Shown here: positions 35,337 through 44,125 of the stretch, in pieces
How the letters are laid out: every line of letters begins with the position of its first letter
Position numbering within the stretch: position 1 is the stretch's first letter
Assembly: GCA_023334545.1 (NCBI GenBank)
Contig: JAADVB010000065.1
Location: 1 to 64,000 of the forward strand
Length of the DNA: 64,000 nucleotides
Source: Salisapilia sapeloensis CBS 127946
Lineage: Eukaryota > Protista > Oomycota
Direction of reading: 5' to 3'
The notes under the pieces: generated by a model
Databases searched by the model: none
What the model was told of the DNA's origin: nothing
What the model saw: the letters and a program-made list of their open reading frames with translations, nothing else
Program-made: the position numbers and the translations under genes

Positions 35337-36124
35337 AGTACTGACGTCCAGGACTGAAAATAGTCCTAAACCTAAGATGGATCCATGACTGTCCAGGATT
35401 GGTTCAGTATCAGTCAAGGATTTGCAATGATTAGCTATAAATTATTCGAGCCAATTAAAATGACTTGAAATATATGAAGAATCGCGGTAATTTGTAACTT
35501 GTACATAGAAATCTTGAAAATCGACCAAGTACATGGTTCCTGGTACAAGACTTCATGTGGACGATTCATATCGATATACGAGGGAAAAAAGTGGACTGAA
35601 AGCAAAAGTGCATTACTAAAGTATATCTATTCGATGCTGTTATCCTTATCTCGACCAAGTGAAGGCCTTTCATATCGGCCGTATGTCTACGCTTGTACAA
35701 TCATGATCGACCAATATGTAGTAACGTAGCCTTTTGACAAGCACAAAGAGATTGTATTCATTGTTTATCGGGCTAAACTACACAGCACTGCTTGCCTGCA
35801 GGCTAATGTCTAGTTCAATCCAACGATAGTTAGCGGTATTGACTTGCACAAGTGATATTGACTGGCACAAGCGACATCATTCGCAACACTACCTTCACTT
35901 GCCAGTTTCATGAATTGTAACCTTACCACCACCTTCGTTTATGGTCTCACCTGTGCTGTTATGCCGCCATCGCCATTGGCCACCATGCTGGCTTGCTCAG
36001 TATACAGAGAATATATATGTGAGAACTAAATGTCAAGTATCCTCTTAGCCAGCCAATTATTTCTGAAACTTACAATAATTCCAGTCCTGGCTTAGTCTTG
36101 GATGTAGAATCCTGTCCTGGTACT
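35337..36124. mobile_element. Possible degenerate MITE-like element
   Basis: 35381-35402 matches the reverse complement of 36081-36103 at about 18/23 with one gap. Both ends carry AGTAC...CAGGAC. No clear target-site duplication. Confidence 0.25.
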
Positions 36125-37542
36125 GCTCCTAATACGAGGGTAGGTTTAAAATAATCCTGAACAACAGTATTTGCGTATATAAAACTGCATACCCCGTTAC
36201 TACGCCATTAAGTGATCTATCTGTTCAATCTGTCGTGCTGGAATCACCAGTATTAGCGCCTGATGTTATACCTATCATCATCAACAAGGTGGTCGTGGTT
36301 GCAAAGACGAGATAGAAGAAGGAATGCCACCGGTTCCGCTTAATGTCCTAGACGGCGTATACCGATGGGTCCGTTTAGCTTGTATCCATGGATAGGCAAT
36401 TCGAGCATGTACGTAAAGGGGTATATTTTTGTAGTGTGCCAATACAGCTTTATCCAAGAACGAACGTACAGAGCTTAAGTTTTATAATTGGCAAAGTGAA
36501 CGGAAATATAAAGTCGGTAGTGGTGCTTAGGAGAAAGAAGTACAACAGCAAAGCATTATGAAGTAGTCAGAACAGAGTAAAAGGCAAAAGTATGGCATTT
36601 ATGCTGCCGAGTAAGGCTTTGCAAAGTTACAAGCAACTTCAGGAGCGCCAAGACCATAACAGATTCGAAGCATTCCAACAATAATCACAATTAGCCGTCA
36701 AACTTTGTGCCCTGGGGCTATTCGTCTTCCGGAAAGAAACATTCATGCTTTTTCCTGGTCGTCATATCACTCAGTCGACAGTCCGTCCCGATGCTTTCCT
36801 CGACTATTCGAGGCAGAAGACGGGGTTAACTCGAGAGGCAAAACCGAAATGTTGAAGGAATCATAACATTTGTGGAAATATAACTTTGAGTGTTTTGTTT
36901 GCTTTTGCGCTATCGGGACCGTCGTAAACGTCGGCTGTGGTGTTAAGTAACACGCGGAAATAATAGATTGTGCGGAAGTATCTTTACTCGGCGAATACGC
37001 TCTCTTCTTTCCACCAATGCCTTGAAACCTTTCTTTCCATCAAAAATTTATTTAGACAGTTCGAAAGCTTAAAAGAGATGGAGACATATACTTCGCAGAG
37101 ATATAAGTATCGCACATGTACGCTCGTCACATGCTCTAAGACGATGAAAAGACAAACATAATGGTCTCATCTACTATATAATTTGCTTTATCATTGCATT
37201 TGCTCCGGAAACCTCGATCAAGTAGGTTTTCCATAAACAACAAAATTGGATAGAGCTGACCGTCGTATTGCGGTGTATTCTAGTTTGCGCTGACTGTCCG
37301 TATCTAGTAGATGGATATCATAGAGTTATCTAAATTGTATCGGTCCTAATGTCGAAAGTCGAAAAATCTGGCTGTTTAGCGCTGGACATATCGAAAGTCT
37401 GTCCCTGCCCTTGCTATGGAAAGCCACTTGCCACTTACTGGCCATGAGTCGGAGCACCAGCATGTCATTCGATGAGGAGTCGTAAGGAACGATCACTACC
37501 AAATTTCATCCCTTCTACTTACGTTGCTTTCGTCTGACCACT

Positions 37543-38238
37543 ATGATATCATCTCACGTGATAAAAGAGCTTCAGACAGTGCGCAATCTACAGCACTACT
37601 TGCCTACAGCACCACGTTCAGAAGGTGGATGGAGTTCACAAGAGGAAGATCGGTTTTGGGAAGCCCTCGAGCTCTTTCCTCAAGGGCCTTGGACGTATAT
37701 AGCCGAGCACATCGGCACTCGGTCAACTCGGCAGGCAATGACGAGGGGACAAAAGCTTAGACAGAAGCTCATGCGGTGGCGAGATCGATTGCAATCGCTG
37801 CCGACGACTGCTGGAATGGCGGAAGAACTAGTCGCTACTGATCACAATGTCGAGAGATGGCAATATCAAGAGAATCATCGTAGCGATTTTGCAGTCAATG
37901 CACAAGGTGAAGGTATTACGGCAAATAGTGCGACGCCAGTGGAAATGGACACTCACGTAGGACGAGAGCGAGAATTTGAACGTAAATGCGCTGATCTGAC
38001 CTTGTCTCCAAGTTCAGGTAAGTCTTCCGTTGCAATTGAGTTGTATTGACAGTCTTTCCATGTGCACGACACTTACTAACGGTTGCGTGTCTTCTCAGGC
38101 GCTTTAATGGACGAGTTGGAGGATGCACAGGACGTATTCAGCATTGCGCCGATTCAAAATTCCGACCCTATATTCGCGCTCACAAGTCTACCACATGACG
38201 AATTGCACGAATTGCTGTCTGTCCTACAAGATGACTGA
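37543..38238 (+). CDS. Divergent SHAQKYF-class Myb (copy 7), 2 exons: 37543-38017, 38099-38238
   Basis: WSSQEEDRFWEALELFPQGPWTYIAEHIGTRSTRQAMTRGQKLRQKL with no intron in the repeat. A 3' intron at 38018-38098 (GTAAGT...TACTAAC...CAG) leads to an acidic tail ...DELHELLSVLQDD*. Confidence 0.85.
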
Positions 38239-38394
38239 ATCTGATAGTTCCTTGTATGTATCTTTGTTGTGTCGTGAGGACGTCGAAAACAAACATGCAG
38301 TGCACACTATTTTTCTCTTTTCATAGCAAGTTGAACTTGAGTGAAGTATGGAACAAAAAAAGAAAAACACTAAACCAGACAACGAAAGCTCCAA

Positions 38395-39381
38395 ATGGAT
38401 TTTGAAGGCTTTGTTTGGCTTTTGGATGCTGGTGGCGGATGGTTTGGCCGGGATCGATGGATAGAGACACCGCTCTTCATTCGCTCGACCTATGTCGAGT
38501 TTATGCAGTCGCATCAATCTGTATTACAGTTCCAAAATGCCGATTATATCGTCCATAGCTCTCAAGGGTCTGGTGTCGAGCACCAAGAAACCCATCGCAT
38601 ATTGATAAAGCTCGCGGTACGGAAGCTAGAGGATCTACGCAAGTCGTACATTTATCATACTGCCACAAAGACAACTCAAATTGAATTTTACGCCGAATCG
38701 GACGATGTATATCAAGAAATTCTTCGCAGTTTCCAATCCAAAACGACTACGACAAAGGACTTGAGTGTCGTCATAAATGATGCTTTTCAAGCACTCGAAA
38801 TGGCTCAAAAAGCGTCAGGACGTGGAGAGTCGACAAAAGCTGTAAAGCTTTATAATGATGCTCAAATGGGCTTCACTACAGCTGCCAAGGGCGTCGTCGA
38901 CAGTAAACGAAAAGAGCTTTTCAAAACCCAATGCGAAGACATCCAAAAAAATATTGATGAAATACAAAAATCATGTCTCGATCTACTAGAATTCCAAGTT
39001 GAAAGCAACAACGATGCAAGGACGATGGAGGAGAGGATGCATGAGTTGGACGATTTTGCACAACAGAGAGCAGCGCATAGAGCTCAAGATGAGAAAAGCA
39101 CGGACCCGAAAGACTTGGCAGTCCGACTGAGTGCATTGAAGAATGAGCGTCGGAAGGCCTCGAGTATTCAAGCCCTAACGTCTCGACTGCAAAAGCTACG
39201 TGGTCACGAAAGTGAGCAAGATGGAGACCGTGAAAGTTCTTCCGAAGTGAACCGAATCATTCAACAGGCTCAAGATGAAGTCACGCTTGGATTGGCACAA
39301 GAAGAAAATATGTCTGACCTAGATAGAGACTCCAGTTCTTCGGATGAACAAAGTGACGAAAAGTCTTCTTTCAATTGCTAA
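38395..39381 (+). CDS. Putative PH-like + MIT-like protein with C-terminal MIM1-like motifs
   Basis: N-terminal FEGFVW...W...F beta pattern ending in EFYAESDDVYQEILRSF (PH-like). Helical AFQALEMAQKASGRGESTKAVKLYNDA (MIT-like). LAVRLSALK and LTSRLQKLR motifs. Confidence 0.55.
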   Translation: MDFEGFVWLLDAGGGWFGRDRWIETPLFIRSTYVEFMQSHQSVLQFQNADYIVHSSQGSGVEHQETHRILIKLAVRKLEDLRKSYIYHTATKTTQIEFYAESDDVYQEILRSFQSKTTTTKDLSVVINDAFQALEMAQKASGRGESTKAVKLYNDAQMGFTTAAKGVVDSKRKELFKTQCEDIQKNIDEIQKSCLDLLEFQVESNNDARTMEERMHELDDFAQQRAAHRAQDEKSTDPKDLAVRLSALKNERRKASSIQALTSRLQKLRGHESEQDGDRESSSEVNRIIQQAQDEVTLGLAQEENMSDLDRDSSSSDEQSDEKSSFNC

Positions 39382-39403
39382 CTCAAAGGCAGTTGCTTTC
39401 AAA

Positions 39404-40374
39404 TTAAAAAACGGGCTGCATGGCGCTGTCGTAGATAGCCAAGAGCAGATCGTGGTAGTCGGCCGTCGTCGCCTCATCGATACTCTCGCGCAGATTCTTG
39501 CCGTACGCCTCTTCGTACATTTCGGACACTCGGGGCAGAACAGAGAAGTAGCGGACGATTGCGTGGCTCAACATGCTGCCGCTGTCTGTGCTGATCTCCT
39601 CGATGGCGGTGTTGAAGTGGCCGGCAAGCGCCGAGGTTGGCTCGATTGCCATCTGAATGCTGAACAGCAGAGCATCCTTGGCTTCATCCTCAAACTCCTC
39701 TTCAACCTGACCCTTCACCGACTCATCAGCGTTGCCCGTCATAATGACACTGACGTGATTCACGAGGTCTTCTTTGATCGATTCACCAGGCTCATCGCCG
39801 TCGTCCGCGTCCTTCTCGGCAGCCTTCAACGCTGCAATCATCACGTCCTTGAAGTCTCCAGACAGGTTACTGTCAAAGAAAGCCTCCAAGTCTTCATCGT
39901 ATGCCTTCTGGAATGTCTGACGCAAGATAGCGATCTCACCTTTGGTTCTTCCCATCACAATCTACATGATACTTGAGCTCATGTTTCTTTTAGTAAAAAG
40001 ACAAAAATACGTACAGGAAAGATGGCCTTCTTATCGTCTGTGAAGAATCCAGTGGCGTTCTTCAAAAGAGAAGCTTCCGCATCCGGAAGTGGAGTGCACA
40101 GCAGCTTGAGCAAGTCACGGTAGGCGCCAGAGGTTTCACCCTTGACTTCGTCCTTGAGGTTAACTCCAAAGATCTTCTTGTAGTAGTGCGCAACGAGGAA
40201 GCGGTTTTCTGGCCTGGACGCCGCCAATGCTTCACTCAAAAGCTTTTCGTTCGTGCCGACGCCGACACACGCCTCTTTCACTTGCTCGACGGTGATATTA
40301 ACATCAACCGGGATCAAGTTCTGGTCCATTTGCGTGGACAAGTGGAAGGCAGCGGAAGGATAGAGGTGCAACAT
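39404..40374 (-). CDS. Annexin, 2 exons: 40374-40015, 39961-39404 (305 aa)
   Basis: ACVGVGTNEKLL, LKDEVKGETSGAYRDLL, LSGDFKDVM, LRESIDEATTADYHDLLLA repeats. 53-nt intron. Confidence 0.9.
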
Positions 40375-40412
40375 CTTGTTGTCGCGGTCTTGTGGGGTAG
40401 ATGGATCTTTCG

Positions 40413-40419
40413 GAAATGA
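40413..40419 (-). promoter_or_regulatory. INR TCATTTC upstream of annexin
   Basis: YCATTYY match about 39 nt upstream of the ATG. Confidence 0.5.
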
Positions 40420-40694
40420 GTTGGGAGAGCGTTTTTTCGATAGAAATCAGGTTACACTTGCTATTTGTATGCAAGGAACGACGGAGAAAAAGATGGCTTT
40501 GAAATCGATCTCAATGGTTTCGTATGTCGTTAGTAGACTTTACGCGCCGATGCAATTAGTTTCGTCTAGTGGTAGTCACAGGCAAGGAGAAGAAGAGGTT
40601 CGTTGGTGCTGCATGCATCCTCATTGGAACATTGGTGGTACAAGGCATAGAGGCAGAACTGAAATCGAAGTCAAAGTATACTGCAAAATACTCG

Positions 40695-42053
40695 TTACTT
40701 CTTTTTCCCACCTTTCTTCGACTTCTTTTTCTTCTCCATCTCGAGTTTCACTGCAAACTCCAGCGCCTTTCGGTCCGAGACTTGGCGTAAACGGTCTTCC
40801 TCTTCTTTCATCAATCGCTGTCGCTCTTGTTCCTGTTTCATCCGTTCGACATGACGCTCTTGCTTTCGTTCTTCGATCCAGTGTTCCTAATTCCATGCAA
40901 ATTAAGTACTTGCAACATTAAAAGTATGCATAAACAATGTACCTCTTCCACTTGCTTCAACGCCAGATCGTGCCGCGCCTGCTCTTTCGCAGCTGCTGTC
41001 AAATGAGCTTTTCGCAGTACCACCTTCTTCTCTTGCAGCTCATCAAACCTCTGCTGGTTGCGAACGATTTGAGCTCGAATATGCCTCTCGTCGTCAACGG
41101 CAAGGCGGTTGTTTCCAACATCAAGGCTAATCAAAGTTTCATTCTTGCTAATAGAGTTCGCTATATGCCTCCCCCCTTCGACACCCAAGCGGGTTCGCCA
41201 CAGACTTAAGCTTCGAAGCGTTGAATTCACTGCGAGCATCTCTCCAAGCGCAAGGACCCCACTAAAGTCTTTTTCATCATCCGTAAGAGGGTTGCTTTCT
41301 AGATTGAGCAACAAGAGTGTTTTGTTCTTTCGTAAAGCCATCGCTAGCTCTTTGGCCGTAGATGATCCAAATTCATTTCCTTCCAGCTCCAGCCTCTGGA
41401 GCGTCGAGTTGCGACTTAATAAAGTAGCAAGCCATTTGCCTGCATCATGTCGTAGCTTGTTTCCACATAGACTAAGCGAAACGAGAGAATGATTGAATTG
41501 AAGCCGCTTGCACAAAGCTCTCGTCGCGACGCCGTTCAACTTGAGTTCTGCGTTCATAGGGGTCCGTTGCTGTTGAACTAGTCCCAGCCACACTTCGAGC
41601 TCTGGGTTATTTGACAGCTCGGAAACTTCTTCCTTGAGCTCCTGTTCTCGCTCTTGCCGACGGCGTTGCACCGTTTCTTTCAAATAGCTCCTCGCTGCTG
41701 CCTGTTGCTTGCGATGCTGTCTCGCATGGGACTCGGCCAAGTGCTCTCGATTAAACTCTTCTTGAAGAGTAGCGGCGTCGTCATTGAAAAACCCTTTAGG
41801 CTGGAGACCTCGGTCCAGCATCTACAATACAACGAATGCTTTACGTGCCGTGTGTAGCGTGAAGAGAATGAGCTAATACCTCTCGACGGATCTCGTTCTG
41901 AGCAAGCGTGAAGGCATCCGTAGGCTTGCTATCGTCAGGCGTGACACGAGACAAGATGGCTTCACGATCGCTCGATGGCAACCTGGCAATGTCAACGTCT
42001 GTATCCTCGTCATATTGCACGTCGCTACCTCCTAAGAATTCATCCAAGTCCAT
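40695..42053 (-). CDS. RNI-like leucine-rich-repeat protein with coiled coils and a polybasic tail, 3 exons: 42053-41880, 41821-40943, 40886-40695
   Basis: Repeats LxxLxLxxNxL/F...G..L..AL..N. 58- and 56-nt introns. Ends KKKKSKKGGKKK*. Confidence 0.8.
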
Positions 42054-42139
42054 CGTGGCAAGTTTTGGACTCGTCGAGTTTTTGTTTATTCAGAGGCAGA
42101 ATTAGTCACGAAACGCCCCAAGATAAAGTAAGAAAACAT

Positions 42140-43996
42140 CTATTCGTCCTCAGGCTTTTGATCTGAAGCAAGTAGTTCGGTCTCATCGACCACTTGTGCT
42201 ACATCGCGGTCTTTCACTTCGTCCGGTTTCTCTGTTTCTTCCGTTTTAGCTGTTGGTTCTGGCTCCGAATCCTCCTCTGCGCCCGAAGGTGCTGGGCCTT
42301 GACCATACTCGTTCGTGCGCTTGGCATCCACTGGGTAGATCCATCGCTGATAGAGGTAGATGAAGAAGATGAGGTCATCCCGGAAGCAGCTGAGGCGATG
42401 CATCCACGGCATCGTGATGACAAAAGCGAAGAGGTCGTCGATGAACGTGTTCAGAGACTTGTAGACCATGGCGCGCCAGGGCAAGTGAGCAACGCTCTTA
42501 AGCTTGTAATTGATGTAGAGCTGTGGTGTCATCATGACAAAGCCAAAGGCATAGACGAAGCTTGTGAGACTCGAGATGACCCACGAGTACCACCCTTTAT
42601 GGACTCCGTAGGTGAGTGTGTAGAACGCTTGGCCGACGATGAGGGGGTAAATGACAAAGGAAAGGTGGGCGACGGCCACTCGGTCATGCTCGGCCGTGGG
42701 AGACGCATCGTACGACTCTTCTGCATCCACTCGCCACTTGCCGGTCTCCGGGTCTTTTTGCACTTTAATCGCTTTGGTGATTTTCCATGCATCAATAACG
42801 AGGGAGACAAAGGAGCTGAGTAGGATCATCCAGGACGTGTCGTTGTCCATAAGGTAGAGGAAGATGACCACTTGGAAGAACGTGTTGAGGCCAAGCGTCC
42901 GGAGGGAGATGCCTGCCAAGGATTTTTGGTTCTTCCAGAAGCTCACATCGTTCTTGAAGGCTAAAAAGTCAAAGAGCGAGTGGAATAGCGACACAACAAA
43001 GGTGATGGCCAATAGGTACGGGTTGGACTCGAGCACCATTCTCTTCATGCTGTCCGTGTCTTTTCGAGAAGACGTCCCAGAGGCTTCTTGCTGCTCAAAG
43101 GACTGCTGCATCTGCGTATAAGCTGCTAGTTTGTAGATGGGTAGACTGTAGAAAGAGATGTGGAGTGGGACGGTCGAGACGCTCTTGTTGACCGGTACGA
43201 GCATGTCGTCCAGAACCCAAAAGTCATTCATGAAAAGCACTGGCGAGTACTTTTTCTTTTGTTTGTCCACGTGCATGCGTCCTCGCAGGAATGGGGGTGG
43301 CGGGGATGACGGAGCAAAGGTCGTTTCATCATACACGACGTTCACGACAAACGATGGTCTCCACATCGTCACGTACGTTTCATCATGCATGTCCTCCACG
43401 ACCTCTTCTACATCTTCGTCGGAAGACAGCAAGTTTCTCTTCTTCACAATAGCATTTGCCGGGCGGTACGTCACGAGAGGGTGGCTCTTGTACAGAACGG
43501 CCAACGGGTCGTCTCGTTCTGGAGACACGCCTGCTTTGGATAGGTATACATGTGCATACATTGACTTGTTGTTGGCGAACCAGTCCTCCTGTATACTAAC
43601 GTTCAAATCAGCCGTCCACTGCCCTTCATCGCTTCCTTTGGGCTCCGTGAGGTACGAGTACGTCAGACCGTCCTGAATGTGCCACCGTAAAAGCTGCTGT
43701 GCATCCGCCGCAGACAATGCTGTCAAGTCCAGTTGCTCTTCCGGACTAATGTAAACACGCAACTCTATCGGTTCGTCCGTTTTCCATGCATTGCTGAGTA
43801 TTCCTTCGACAGGCTTGGCCACTGGAGCAGACGACGCGTCCTTCGTGTCGCTTAGTTGGGGTTTCGTGGGCGGCGGAGTTGGCGCCATAAAGTTATTCAG
43901 CACGGCCTGGATTGCATACCACATGAAGGCCATGCGGATGACCGGCTTCCACCGTTCGATCCATCCCCCGCCCTCCTGCTCATTCTCCTCGACCAT
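42140..43996 (-). CDS. CLPTM1: CLPTM1/CLPTM1L family multi-pass membrane protein
   Basis: FDFLAFKNDVSFWK, GFVMMTPQLYINYKLKSVAHLPWRAMVYKSLNTFIDDLFAFVI, LYQRWIYPVD. Start taken at MVEENEQ (43996) rather than the ORF start at 44101. Confidence 0.92.
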   Translation of the reverse strand: MVEENEQEGGGWIERWKPVIRMAFMWYAIQAVLNNFMAPTPPPTKPQLSDTKDASSAPVAKPVEGILSNAWKTDEPIELRVYISPEEQLDLTALSAADAQQLLRWHIQDGLTYSYLTEPKGSDEGQWTADLNVSIQEDWFANNKSMYAHVYLSKAGVSPERDDPLAVLYKSHPLVTYRPANAIVKKRNLLSSDEDVEEVVEDMHDETYVTMWRPSFVVNVVYDETTFAPSSPPPPFLRGRMHVDKQKKKYSPVLFMNDFWVLDDMLVPVNKSVSTVPLHISFYSLPIYKLAAYTQMQQSFEQQEASGTSSRKDTDSMKRMVLESNPYLLAITFVVSLFHSLFDFLAFKNDVSFWKNQKSLAGISLRTLGLNTFFQVVIFLYLMDNDTSWMILLSSFVSLVIDAWKITKAIKVQKDPETGKWRVDAEESYDASPTAEHDRVAVAHLSFVIYPLIVGQAFYTLTYGVHKGWYSWVISSLTSFVYAFGFVMMTPQLYINYKLKSVAHLPWRAMVYKSLNTFIDDLFAFVITMPWMHRLSCFRDDLIFFIYLYQRWIYPVDAKRTNEYGQGPAPSGAEEDSEPEPTAKTEETEKPDEVKDRDVAQVVDETELLASDQKPEDE

Positions 43997-44125
43997 CGCT
44001 ATCTCAATGAGCTTCAGGTCAGAACCAACAGAAAGCATTGGTGGAAAACACAGTATTTCTACCAATCCAACATCGACTCCGAGCAACAAAGCGGGCATCA
44101 AACATCCGACCAGGGATCAGACAGG

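Noticed and set aside
36355-36372. AYTDGS, like the first RNase H motif
   Set aside because: Flanked by stops, with no downstream RNase H motifs
37543-38049. Myb copy 7 as an intronless retrocopy
   Set aside because: It has a canonical 3' intron (38018-38098) with a TACTAAC branch point
39344-39976. 210-aa + strand ORF, and similar 100-260-aa ORFs opposite VPS13, CLPTM1, UBP14, TAF1 and the PHD gene
   Set aside because: Antisense or alternative-frame by-products of codon bias, with no recognisable motifs
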